The notes under the pieces were generated by a model. It made no database searches and was not told the origin of the DNA. It was given only the letters and a program-made list of their open reading frames with translations. From the NCBI GenBank assembly GCA_951406725.2, contig OX597820.1, positions 110,546,001-110,610,000 of the forward strand: a stretch of DNA of 64,000 nucleotides, read 5' to 3'. This DNA comes from Octopus vulgaris (taxonomy: Eukaryota). Shown here piece by piece: positions 28,352 through 40,833 of this stretch; within the stretch, counting starts at the first letter, position 1; the number at the start of each line of letters is the position of its first letter. The translations under genes were made by a program, and so were the position numbers.

Positions 28352-30301
28352 GTTTCAAAGGTGACAAAAAATAAAAGGAGAAAAAGGCTCTACTTACTGT
28401 TGTTGGTAGTGGGGGTGGCTTGTGCTTTTGCACGGGTGTTTCCACAATATTTTTATAAAGTTTCTTTGAGAAACTTCTCCCTAGCGATCCGACATAGTTA
28501 GGGAATATCTGTTTTATGTCACTGTATGTTTTTTGGTTAATTTTAATGGTGAGAATGTGTGCTGGTGGTGTGTTGTGTGTAGGTATAATGAAATCTGTAA
28601 TGTTTGTGCTTGTGTTGTCTATTATATATGAAACGAGTTTTTCATTTTTTCTGTTTATGGCTGTAATCGTGTCTGTGTGTGTTGGAGTGTGTGGCAGTGG
28701 CAGTAGTGGTGTCGAAAGTGTTGTTGTTTGTTGTTGTGAGTGTGTGTTGTTGTTGTTGTTGTTGATGTTGGGAAGCACTATTTGTTCGTGCTTCCCCTGT
28801 GTGTCGTTTTGCTTCTTCCTCCTCTTCTTCTTCGGAAGCACTGTATGCCATTCACCTTTCTCGGTATCAGTGCTCGCACAATCCGAGCTGTCCTGATCCG
28901 GAAAGGGGATAGCTGTCGGGTCCGCTTCAGCAGCAGGGTGAAAAATTGTTGGTTCTGCTCGTAGCGGTGGTGTTGCTGTATCTGTTGGTGATGGTGACGG
29001 TGTCGGTGATACTTCTTCCTTTTTTGTTGTTGTCTTTCTTGGTGCTGGGGTTGGTGTTGGTTTAATGGTTGTTGGAGGTGGTGTCGTTCGTCGTGGTGGT
29101 GGTGATGGTGTTGGTGATGTGGCAGCCTTTGGTGTTTCTTGCTGTTGTTGTTGTTCCTGCTGCTGCTGCCTCTTGCCGTCTGCCTCCATTCTTTTCTTGT
29201 AAATAGGGCAGTCCCTCTTTAGGTGGCTTTTGCTGCTGCAGTGGTAACATTTTGGCTTTCGCCCCTCCACAGCAACATGCAGCCTGGTGCCGTCCGGCAA
29301 ATTTACCGAGTCAGGTATGGCATTAATGTTTTCCTGCTGGATTTGTACCAGCATTTGAACTCCCATACCTGACCAGTTTTTTTCCTTCACTCTTCGTACG
29401 TCCAGAATAGTGGCAGTGTCCTCTATGCCATAGAGGACAGCCGCCACCAGCCATGATATATTTAGTTCGGGGGGTACTATGTCGATTTTTATTTTCGTGA
29501 CCCTCCGCCGAGGTACGTTGGAACTAGGAACAAATTTTCATTTTGCAAGGGCGAAATGGCATGCGCCCTTGCATCCTCCTCCATTGGGAAGCGAACCTCC
29601 ATGGTTCCGAAACGCTTCCCTCTGGTGACATAGCTCTTTTTGCCCCATATGGGCTTCAGAGCTATTTCCAATTGTTGGGGTGTTGTGTTAATTAGTCTTT
29701 TGTTTTTCTTGTCGAAAACCTTGTAAAATATTGTCTTCTTGTTAGTGTCATGTATGAGTTGTTGAGGTGTATTGAGGAAAACACTGTTCCCCTCTTTTCT
29801 CAACAACTCCTTTGCGCTTTTGATTTCCTCCATCGTAACATTCACCTCCTCCGAGCTTTGTTTTGCAGCGGAGGCGAAATTGCTACGATGGCTTGCTGTG
29901 TTGTTGCTGGTGGTGGTGTCGGTGCGGTTGCTGGTCATTTTCCTTCCCTCCTTCTCCGGTACTGGAGCACTGGTGGAGGGAAGAGAAGGAAAATCTTCGA
30001 TGACGTCAAAGGTGACGCCATCGTTGTCGCTTTTCTTTGGAACGCTCTTTCTTCCCTCCTTCTCCGGTACCGGAGCATTGGTGGAAGGAAGAGGAGGAAA
30101 ATCTTCAATGACGTCGAAAGTGACGTCCTGGTTTTCTTTCTCCTTTTGAATGCTGCACATGCTTAGAGCTTCGAAAGGAGGATCTTTGTTGCCTTTTATG
30201 GCACGAAGTAGGCGGTTTGGAAATGTTTTTGACAATGTGTGTGTTTGCGGAGGGTGTGGTGTTGGGAGAAGGGAACAGCCGACTGCTCGCTTCATAGCCA
30301 T
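28338..30301 (-). pseudogene. Tx1-type ORF1 (one frameshift near 29490)
   Basis: MAMKRAV start; CYHCSSKSHLKRDC zinc knuckle; Q/T/P-rich C-terminal half. Confidence 0.85.
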
Positions 30302-30624
30302 GTTTGTTGAAATGTACGTGTATACGTTTTGAAATTTGAACATTTTGAATATTATCATCATCATCATCATCATCATCATCACGGACGCTAAATGATGATG
30401 ATGATGATAATATTCAAAATGTTCAAATTTCAAAACGTAATTTTACCCCCAATGGAGTAAAATTTTGCCGAGCCAACTAGCTCCGCTAGAAGTTAGTTGA
30501 CTTGGCCACACAAATATTGAAAAATATAAAAACTTTTAGAGAAATTTCCAATCAAATTGGCACAAAACCCATAGAGCAGCTTCACACACGTCCGTCCTCT
30601 CGAGAAGGAATAATAATAATAATA

Positions 30625-30656
<32 letters not shown>

Positions 30657-30664
30657 AATAATAA

Positions 30665-31445
30665 TTTCAAACTTTCTGAAGTATAATTTCCAGTTATATC
30701 ATTCTAATGGAGTACTAGATTCAAGCAATATTAGCATCAGCTGTGGCATTTTCCAAGGCGACTTACTTTCACCTGGAATTTTTTTAATAGCTCTAATGCA
30801 CCTCATAAATGAACTTGACAGAACAGGGTATGATTATAAAATTGACAAGAAAATAAACTATTTTATACGGATGACTTAAAACTCAGAGGCAAAGATGAGC
30901 TTGAAAGCCTATTATGTTCTGTGAAAGCATTGGATGGAGTTTGGTCTTGATAAGTATGCCAAGACCACTTTTAAGAAAGGGAAATCAGGGAGGAATATCA
31001 TAGGAGGGTACCAGCAGTTCTGAAACCTGAGCTAAATTCACATAGCAAGATGTTAATCATAAATTTCTAGGAAGTTCCAATTAATACTTATAGTTTCAAT
31101 GCATTGAACTGGAACATCAGTGGAAAAACAAACAAAAAAATTGCAAGCTTGTAATAAGATACACCACCCAAAGGCCAATGTGGGTTGTCTTTACTTTCCC
31201 AGAACCCAAGGAGATTGAAGCTTGATCCAGTTGAAATTTCTTACAAAACCACAACTGGACTAGCCAAATGTCTTGAAACAGCTGATGTTGACCAAAATCA
31301 CACCCATCAGTGGTTAGGAAGCTCAAGGATAAAGGCTGAAAGTGAAGGCTTCATCCAAGCAGCTTGAGACCAAAGCTTAGTGACCCAGAACTACCAAGCT
31401 AATGTGATGGAAAAATGAGTAGATTCAAAATGGTGATTTTGCAAT
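30665..31445 (+). pseudogene. R4/Dong-like RT fragment
   Basis: GIFQGDLLSP, DDLKL and WLGSSRIKAESEGFIQAA (compare WLRSSGLKAETEGFLIAA at 41875). Confidence 0.7.
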
Positions 31446-32571
31446 ATATTTTGGCAAAAGAATGTAACAGGCTCACAAATCAGAAAAATTTGCTCATTGA
31501 AATCACAAAAAAATATGGCATCTCAAGGTGATTATAATATGTGTTGATATTATACAAATAATATCAACACATAAAAATTGGTGTTGATATCATGGAGAGT
31601 AATGTTAGTGTGTTTTTGTATGTGGTTTATGAGTTCTGTGTTGTTTGTATTTATGGTCATGTATGATGTTTCTTTGCAGGTGCTGTTCTTGTTGGTTCTC
31701 TCTCTCTCTCTCTCTTTCTCCCTCTTTGCTACTGCTTGATGGGGCTGGGGTTATCCCAGGTTACCGGTCCTAAAGAAGTTATTGTGTAGAGCCGACCAGG
31801 TCCACCAGTGCTCTCCATTGCTGGCAGTCTTGTGCCAGCTCCTCTGCATCCTCCAAGGTGACATCAAGCCTCTGGGGTGTCCTCCTTAATCATGTCCAGC
31901 TATCAGGTGCTGGGCTTGCCACAGGACCTCTTACAACTATGTGAGTAGTTCCTTTAAGTGTGGATTTTAGGTTGTGCTAGTGTTTACAATGTTGATGATG
32001 ACTGTGGTAGTAATGGTGATGATGATGATGGTATTGTTGAAGATGTTTCTTCTGTCTGTTCAAACTTCCCACTTTTTTTGGTCTCTTTTTCTTTTTGCTT
32101 GTTGATTGCCTCCTTCAATTTGGTTGCTTTCTTGTCACCTTTGCTATATGACATGTTTGAATAGTTCCAAGTTGGGAGGAAAATGTTCTGGAGGTGCTTG
32201 CCTTTTTGTTCTCTAGTTATTGGGTGGATTTCGGTTGCTGTTTCTGGTAGTAATGGGTGGCCCTTGAGAATAGTGTTTCTTTTGTTGTTGCTTCAACTGT
32301 TGATGTTTTTGTTGCTGCTTTCATGGCTGCTAATTTTACCATTACAGTTGCTGTTGCTGATGTGGTGATGGTATCAGGAGTAGTGGAGGTTTCCCTTCTT
32401 CCCTCTTTTGCTGTGGACAGAAAACCTTAAGATGGTCTGTGTCATCACACACAAAAAATTTCTTCCTGTGTGCAGATATCAATAAAATTGCAACCAATGG
32501 ATATTTTTGGCATGCTGTTTTCATTATTTATTTCTTTACTGTTAATGCTGGTGGTGGTGGTAATGATGGTA

Positions 32572-33841
32572 CGAGGGACGTTCAATAAGTAATGCCCCTG
32601 ACCCACTTCCCAAAGCAGTAGAGCAACGACACTTGGCAAAGTTATTAGTCTTTTTCTACATAGGAACCACCCAGAGTTACGCATTTCTCCCATCGTTTGA
32701 TGCAGCTCTGAAGACCGTTTTTGTAGAAGACCCCAGCTTGGTCCTCCAACCACGACGTGACTTCAGAAATCAAGGCTGCATCATCTGGGAAATACTTTCC
32801 TTTCAAAATCAACTTCATGGCTGGGAAGAGGTGAAAATCAGAGGGTGCAAGGGGAGGAGTTCATAGTTGCACGCCTGTGCTTCTGATCTGGCGACACGCG
32901 AGTTGTGGACCGGAGCATTGTCCTGCAGGAGGAGGATGCCTTTGCTGATCTTGCCCCGCCTCTTGATTTTGATAGCTTCTCTTAATTTCCTCAAAAGTGA
33001 AGCATAATAGGCTCCTGTAATTGTGGTACCCTTTGCCAGGAAATCTGTTATCACTACTCCGTCCTGGTCCCAGAAGACTGTGAGCATAACCTTGTCAGCA
33101 GAGGGCTGCACCCTTGCCTTCTTTGGAGGAGGTGAGTCACGGTGCTTTCACTGCATTGACTGGGCTTTGGTCTATGGATCATAGTGATGGACCCAGGTTT
33201 TATCCTGTGTGATCAGTCTTTTGAAAAATTTTGACTCATCTTCTTGGCACATCTCCAAATTCATCCTCGAGCACTCAACGTGTTCTTGCTTCTGGAAAGG
33301 TGTGAGCAACCTGGAAATCCATCTGGCAGACACCTTTTGCATATGCAAATGGTCATGAATGATAGTTTCCACAGACCCGGTACTAATCTTGACCTTATGG
33401 GCTATTTGGCGAATAGTTATGCGTTGACCTTCCAAAATGGCAGCCTCAACTTGACGGACAGACGTCTCATCAATGGCAGAAGGGGGCGACCAGATCTGGG
33501 AGCAGTTTCCACAGAGTTCCGACTATGTTTGGATTCACAATGCCAGCGTTTTACAAGGTCATATGATGGGGCATCATCACCATAAGTTACTTTCATTTCA
33601 TCAAAAGTCTCCCGTGGTGTGCGTCCTTTCAAATACAAAAACCAGATCACTGCTTGACACTCAACAGGCTCTATTTCACACTTGACTCAGTTCAAACACC
33701 TGTAAATCAGAAACCACAATTAGTTCAGAGCTGTAATTCGCCACTTAATCTATAGAGGTATAAATAAGTGCACATGCAAAATTTCAGCTAGATCAAACAA
33801 CTGCAAGTGGGTCAGGGGCATTACTTATTGAACGCCCCTCA
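32572..33841 (-). mobile_element. Full-length (1270 bp) mariner element with a disrupted transposase
   Basis: ~37-bp TIRs (cgagggacgttcaataagtaatgcccctgacccactt / aagtgggtcaggggcattacttattgaacgcccctca); TA on both sides; WISRLL, TQDKTWVHHYDP and LLQDNAPVH. Confidence 0.95.
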
Positions 33842-35104
33842 TAGTTATTGTTTTTGCATTAGCATCATTAGCAGGTGTGTTAATTTTGTTTTTGTACCTC
33901 TCGTCTTCATTGTTATTATTTCTGTTGGCACTAAGGCAGTGAATTTGCAAAATCATTAACATGCCAGACAAAAATTTTCAATGGCATTTTGTTCATCTTT
34001 ATGTTCTGAGTTCAAATTTTGTTGAGGTCAACTTTGCCTTACATCCTTTCGGAATCAATGAAATAAGTACCAGTTGAACACTGGAGTTAATGTAAGTGAC
34101 AACCCCTACCGCAAAATTTCAGGCTTTGAGCCTATAGTAGAAAGGATTATTTCTGTTGGCACTGGTGGAGGCAGTACTTTGGTTTAATGTGTAGAAGGCA
34201 GTGTTAACATTGCTGTTCCAAACCATGTTTAAATTCCTCTGGTTTTCTGTCGAATATTTCAATGTGACGCTTAGAAATTTTTAAAAAAGAAATACGTAAA
34301 TTTCACACTTTTACATATTTCTACAATTCTATCCCAAAAGGTGAAAGTACAATGAAAGTGAGGAACTCCTCAGAAGCTTGGTCACTTTACAAGAAGCACA
34401 GAGTAAACAGTTGTAAACATAGTCTTTTGAAATAGTTAAAGCAGACAAAATTTACAAGCAACTTGAAGTGACGTGTTATTGATAACAAAACAACAACTGG
34501 CACTTAGCCAACAATTTTGAGGGGTCAGGATTAATCAATATCACCAGCCTCAGTACTTGACTGGTATTCATTCATTTCATCGATCTTTAAAGCATGAAAG
34601 GCAAGTTGACTTTGGCAGTGTTTAAGCTCAGGAGAAATGCTACGAAGCATTTTGTCCAAGATGCTAACAATTCTGCCAGAATACTGCCTTAATAATATTT
34701 TCTTACCATAGACATGAGGCTTAAAATTTGGGATGGGGGACAGTTGACTAATATTTATTTTGACTCCCAACAAGATGAAAGTCAAAATTAACTTATAACA
34801 ACTATTTCTAAAATATGCAAATGGGGGTGAGGTTGAGGGAGTTGATAATATTTGATCCCAATACTTCACTGGTACTTTATTTTATTGATACCAGAAGGAT
34901 GAAAAGTAAGTCGACCTCAGTGGAATTTGAACTCAGAACATGAAGAGACGAAACAAGGTATTTTGTCTGATGCTTTAACAACTATATCAATCCACTGTCC
35001 TTTGGTCACTAGTACTAATAACTAAGACAAAGAGAAAATAGAAAGTTGATGAATTAATAACAAAGAGGAATTAATAAAAATGATGAGTTTATAACAAAGA
35101 TGAA

Positions 35105-35110
35105 TTTATT
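35105..35110 (-). promoter_or_regulatory. Candidate polyadenylation signal of PRP38A
   Basis: AATAAA about 80 nt after the stop codon, followed by U/GU-rich sequence. Confidence 0.5.
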
Positions 35111-35188
35111 TACAAAGAGATGATGAACCGGAGTGGTTTACTTTGGTTTTAATGTTTTTACAAACACTAAAACTTGAATGCATTCACA

Positions 35189-35390
35189 CTAAGGCCTAAG
35201 AGGGGCCATCCCAAGCCTGGCTCTGAGTTCATTGGCCTCTCGAATCTCATCTCGGCCCCCTCTATGACCTCTGTCTCTGTCTCTCTTGTCATCACGGTCA
35301 CGGTCACGCTCACGGCCTCTATCCCGGTGCCTGTCAGTATCTCGGTTGCGTTCTCTGTGATCCCGTTTGGCTTTCTTACTGCGTTTCTTT
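35189..35390 (-). CDS. PRPF38A: PRP38A last coding exon (RD/RE-rich tail plus HIND-like motif)
   Basis: tttcag acceptor, phase 2; KKRSKKAKRDHRER...DEIREANELRARLGMAPLRP*; in frame with the upstream exons. Confidence 0.88.
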
Positions 35391-37019
35391 CTGAAATTTT
35401 ATGAAAATATTTATAAAAGTAGCAAAAATATGAAATAGAAAGTTAGATATAGCATATCTGTATATGTGCTTTTGTTGGAGAAAGAGGAACGAGTAGATAG
35501 AAAGAGAAAGAGAGATATTATAAGAAAAGGAGTGGAAGTTATGAGAGGGAAGAAAGGAATATGAGAGAAAAAGGAGAAATGAGGGAAAGAGAAGAAAGTG
35601 CCAATGGGGGAGATAGAAGAAAGATGGAGTGTAAGAAAGAGGGAGAGTGAAGGCAGGAGGGAAATGCAAATGTGAGTGAGTGTATGCAAGCTTTAGTAGC
35701 AGGTAATAAGTTTACAGTGAATCAAGCCAGTAACCTGTCTTTTGGCTTTTGTTAATTTGGTATGCTACAAAGCTCCATTCTATTTACATGTAAATGTAAA
35801 ATTAATTTTCACTCAACATTTGTATTGATATATATATATTGTTAGTTTGTTGTTTTTAACTATTTACATTTCTGATTAACCTTTTCAAATATAGAAATTA
35901 CACAATTTGATTTTACTTTTTTTTTCTATTCTCCAGATACAATGAATAATATTGTGTTGTACCACCCAGTAAACCTAAGTGAAAGGTGATGCTTTGTGAA
36001 GAAAGACTTTGTGAAAAGTGTTGTAATAATAATAATCCTTTCTTCTATAGGCACAAGGCCTGAAAGGGGTTTAGTCAATTTTATCAGCCCCATTGCTAGA
36101 CTGGTACTTATTTTATAGATCCCAAAATGATGAAAGGGAAAGTTGATCCAAGTAAAATTTGAACTCAGAGCTTAAAGAGGGATAAAAATTCCACTAAGCA
36201 TACTAATGATTCTGTCAGCCTGCTGCCTCAGTAGAAGTAGTAGTAACACTAATAATAATAAAACTTTGGCAATGCGAAGTGAATAGAGTATAATCTACTG
36301 AATGCCCAAAGACAGCATAAATAAGATGAGAAGAATGGCTGGACATTAAAAGGTGTAACTTGATGTATGTTGAAGAGGAAGCAGCTATACTGTTTTGGCT
36401 GCACATGATGTATGGGTGACACATGTTGGGTAAAATATGCTGGCAGTGAAAGGTGTCCTTGTCAAGTGAAGGACTCCCAGATCAAAAGAAGAGCAAGGTT
36501 GATATAGGAAGAAGTAATCAGAATGTTGAGCTTCAGATATGAGAAGATATATAATTTGTGCTTCATTTCTGCATGGCAAAATGAATATTATGAAGGTAAT
36601 GGACTACTTATCCTGAATATAGTACATAAAATAAGTAATGCATGTACACATCTGTACTTCATGGCCCCTTGAGTGGTATGTCCATTTTCCAAATGCTGAT
36701 GGAGATACTACATTAGTGTGGAATATAGTATTTTCTCACCTGTGGCTAATGATCTTACTGTTTGAAGGCCTTTCTACAATCAATGGAATAAATGCTTGTA
36801 TTTATTATGCCACTACCACTCATGAAAATGTTATCCAAACTTAAAATCTTGCTCCCACCCCATCTCATATTTGTTTCAACAGTATTAACACAAACAAACA
36901 TGTCTTAGCAAACACACAGTAAAAAAATATTTTGCTTAACAAACATGATAAAGTAATTGTCATCAAATAAGCATAAGATAAAAATAAACAATCAACATAA
37001 AGTTTAATGTTTTAGTTAC

Positions 37020-37044
37020 CTGTCATCATCTCTGTGCCTCGTAA
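37020..37044 (-). CDS. PRPF38A: PRP38A 25-nt micro-exon
   Basis: tttttcag|TTACGAGGCACAGAGATGATGACAG|gtaact; converts phase 1 to phase 2, as the flanking exons require. Confidence 0.82.
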
Positions 37045-37560
37045 CTGAAAAACAGAAGCAAACATTTTTCAGTCAACATCTTTAAATTTGAAAGTGAATT
37101 CATAAAGTAGATAACATAACAGCTTATTGCTTCAGATTTTAGCCAATCCATTGTCTATTCTAAAATGGTCAGTAAAACTCCGAAGTTACTTCTATGATGA
37201 GCAAGACACATTTCCAGAAGAAAAGATAAGAAAGAAATGAAGAAAAAAGCAGAAGCTGAAACATAGCTTTTAAACAATCGAATGGATTTGGTTGGCTAAC
37301 ATGACGGTGTTATAACATCTGACATGAAAAGGACTAAGTATAGCATATGAGAGAGGTGAGGATACCAGACAGTAAGCGAGAGAATACTGAATGAAAGTGT
37401 GCAAGAAGAAAGTGTAAGCAATGACAAGTATTTCTCAGACTGATGGTTAAGGCACTTATTTACTTAAAACTACTGTTCCACCTAATTAGAACTCTAAATG
37501 CAAACAATGAAATATAATCATACTTTAATAAGAAATGTTTAAACATTAAAAGGTACTTAC

Positions 37561-37631
37561 CAGGTGAACGATGGCGGCGATCTCTGTTTCTAGAACTACT
37601 TCTTCTTCTGCTAACAGGGCTTTTTCTATCT
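37561..37631 (-). CDS. PRPF38A: PRP38A RS-domain exon (71 nt)
   Basis: ttttacag|...|gtaagt; DRKSPVSRRRSSSRNRDRRHRSP. Confidence 0.88.
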
Positions 37632-38789
37632 CTGTAAAAGTAACAAATTAATGAATTGTTACAAAAATACTCTGGTTTGGTTAGTGCAACAGATAACAAA
37701 AACAGTAAGGTACTGTAAAAACAAGAGTCAACAAATTATATCCTGGCATATGGTAACAAATGTATCGGGTGAGGGCCTATACATGCGTTTAACTCCCAGT
37801 AGTACTGTCTACTTTATTATGAGTATATATTACAGAGTGCAATGGCTCCCTACTGTGAAATAGTGTAGAAGTATATTAATGAGAGTCATAGATTATATGC
37901 TTCTAGACATCAGTCATGGAGTTTGTGGTTAATACTCTGTCACTAGAACTGTACTGTAAGCATGACCAAGATACTTATTTAACTCAGAACCGCTTCAATC
38001 ACCTAGCTGCAGTAGGTAAGTAGTTGAAATGGAGTGGTATGGTTTACAGTTGTAAACATTACCAGTAACACTTTAAAACTGATCAATGTTTTGTTAACTT
38101 ACTATGATAACTTTATGATTTCCTATAAGTTTTGGCCACAAATAGAAGTGCACACATAACTACCTTACTTTTAATACTACTACAATAAATTAAGGCTCCA
38201 GGATTGAAAATTAATTATCTAAGTTTTGATGTGCAAGACAATACGAAACAGAACATACTGACAGTTTATTATACACCATGACCACATTCTAACCCATCTA
38301 ATGTAATAACATACCCACCAAACAAAATTAAATGACACTATTTATATCGTGTTTTTCTATTTAACTGATTACTTATTTCAATGTCTGCTCTAGAAACACA
38401 AAAATTACAAGTTTTTTTTAATCAATGACTACTGAGCAAAATAAATTTCTTTACAACTTTTACAAGTTCTATGGATATTAAATACTCAGTTCACTTTAGC
38501 AGCTCTATTTGATATGATCAATTGTTTATATATAAAAACAAAACCAGCAATATGAGTAGTAACATAATTTTTTCAGATATTCATGGCTATAATAGTTAGT
38601 AGTGTACAAAAGACATCCTAATGCTGACTATAAATTGTTCTCTCAGAAAAAAAAATCCCGTTCATGTAAGTATGACATGCACAATAGAGTATCACATATG
38701 TAATATGGTGAGTTGAAAAACTTCCATTAACTGAAATCCCCTTTGCAAACTAAACTCTCTCCAAAAGGTCTTAAAAGCTAAAAATCTCT

Positions 38790-39409
38790 TCTCTCTATAT
38801 ATAAACGGCAGTTTGTCTGTGTGTGTTTCTGTGTGTCTGTTTGGTTGTACCCTCACCCTGACCACGGCTTTCAACCGATTCTGATGAAACTTGATACACA
38901 CATAGCCCAATGTCATAATTCATAACTAACGCAGCGAAAATTTTGAAAAGTTCCCCCAGTTCTGAAAAAAATTGATAAATTCGACATGGGGTCAAGAATC
39001 AGAAACACAAACCACAGACTGTCTAGGGGGCGCAACTCGGCCTTTTTAACTCTGACCTACCAATCCACTTCAGGCATTCTCAGTTTCCTGTTAAACTCTG
39101 CTTCGCAATGTCCATCAATAAATCCCAAGGCCAAACGCTACAAGTCGCTGGTTTACATTTGGGCGAACAGTGCTTCGCCCACGGTCAACTCTACGTGGGC
39201 TGTTCACGCGTTGGGAGGCGCAATGATGTTTTCATGTTTTCGCCCAAAACAGCTAGGAACATCGTATATACAGAGGTATTCGAGTGAAGACAAGACATTG
39301 CAACGTCTACATGCACCTTCGTTCCCTGGAGGGAAAGGACTACATTAGGATTAGTCGTTGCCTACTAGGGGCTCTTACATACCCGGGCAACGCCGGGCTA
39401 TGCTGCTAG
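38790..39409 (+). mobile_element. Internally deleted Helitron retaining the helicase C-terminus
   Basis: TC-TATATA 5' end; FPVKLCFAMSINKSQGQTL...HGQLYVGCSRV (Pif1-type motifs); CCCGG-hairpin then CTAG-T at 39406-39410. Confidence 0.9.
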
Positions 39410-39499
39410 TAATGAATAAAAGAGATAACTCCAACAATATCAACTAATACAGAGTTTCATAAAATTTGGGAGTGGATCTTGGAAGGAAAGAAGGAAGGA

Positions 39500-40125
39500 A
39501 AGAGGTGGTAGGCAGCATTACCAAATAACTAGAAGGACAACTGGATGACCGGTATGGTTGACTAAGAGTGAAGCAGAGAGGAACAGGCTGGTGCATGTCT
39601 TGCAATGTGAGGATCAGAGGTGTGAAGTGTTCAAAATCACATGAGAGAGAACCAAGATGTCAATGGCGAGAAATATATTTGAAATGATGAAGGCATACAT
39701 GTCATCATTATGGAAGACAAGAAAGTGATATAGAATTGCTAATATGAGAGGCTGTTAAGAGCATGGAGAATGCCTGGGATAATGAGGCACTACCTTATGC
39801 TGACCTTAAAGAGAGACCAGCAATTCAAATTGATAGCAGTGAAGTAACTAAGGCAATCGAGGACAGGAAGAGAGACAGAGAGAAAGCAGCAGGCCCATCA
39901 GAGATAATTGCAGAGATGCTCAAAATATCCAGTAAAGGATTACCACCTAAATAGTTAATCAAGTTAAGGCATTTGAAAGGGTATCACAAATAATGATATT
40001 GTGGTCACTAGGGAAACTAAGCATTGAGGAAGAGTTTGTGAGAGCCAAACAAACCAGGTACAAAGACACAGTAAATAAAGTGGGAGTCAACAACGACTTC
40101 AGTAAGGAATTTAGTGTGAGGGCTA
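39500..40125 (+). pseudogene. Old RTE fragment
   Basis: ENAWDNEALP...PAIQID...KAAGPSEIIAEMLK. Confidence 0.7.
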
Positions 40126-40791
40126 GGTATGTAAAGAAGTTTTATAGAAATGTCCAATGGAAAAGCATAGTTATGTTTGAATTAGGATATGACCTGACAG
40201 TTATAAACATTACTAGGTGTGGTGTGTATTTAAAAAAACTGTACATGATAATGAAATTAAACTTGAGAATTAAGTATGTGGATGGCTGCTAGAATGCAAT
40301 GAAAACAATATTAAGGGGTGGAAATGCTTAAAGAGCTACATAAAATGGAGTTGTGTTTGTGTAAGAACTAATATTTGTTTGTATGTATTAATTATAAGGT
40401 AAAAATAAAAAATAGGAAATTAGTTGTTAATAGTACAGATTTAGATCATAAATACTTGCTGTGGCTATAAATATCTAAAAAGAATGTTCAGAGGTTTAAT
40501 TAGAGGCAAACTGAAAATAACAATGTAGGGGAGATGATGGAGCTAGGAATAAAGAGTAGTAAAAAAAATTTTAATTATAAGTATCGATTGACCATGTTTA
40601 GGTATAAATAAAAGTATGAGTTAAGAAGCTAGTTTGGCATAAAGTGAGAGGGAAGTATATAGTAATATTATGTAATTAATAAATATTGAAGTAATAGGAG
40701 ATTCAGTTCTATATTTAAGAGATAAGGAATTATGCACATTATTTACATTATTTACATTTGACGGATATTTGTCCTCATTTTGTTTGTTGTT

Positions 40792-40833
40792 AACATGTTT
40801 TGGCTGATATACCCTCCAGCCTTCACCAGGTGT
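40792..40833 (-). ncRNA. Damaged hammerhead motif in a short repeat
   Basis: CUGGUGA-A-GGCUG(GAGGGUAUAU)CAGCC-AAAAC; two core substitutions. Confidence 0.5.

Larger units (their letters stand above)
25016..30608 (-). mobile_element. Near full-length Tx1/L1-type LINE inserted in (AAT)n
   Basis: 5'UTR, ORF1 with CCHC knuckle, ORF2 with APE and RT, AATAAA plus an (ATT)n 3' end; AAT repeats on both flanks. Confidence 0.92.

Noticed and set aside
37194-37259. C/D-box-like ATGATGA...CTGA
   Set aside because: Antisense to the host transcript, with no terminal stem or recognisable rRNA guide.
37651-37863. GLYMRLT peptide resembling the PRP38 ALYMRLT motif
   Set aside because: Wrong strand and position relative to the gene, with no flanking similarity; treated as chance.
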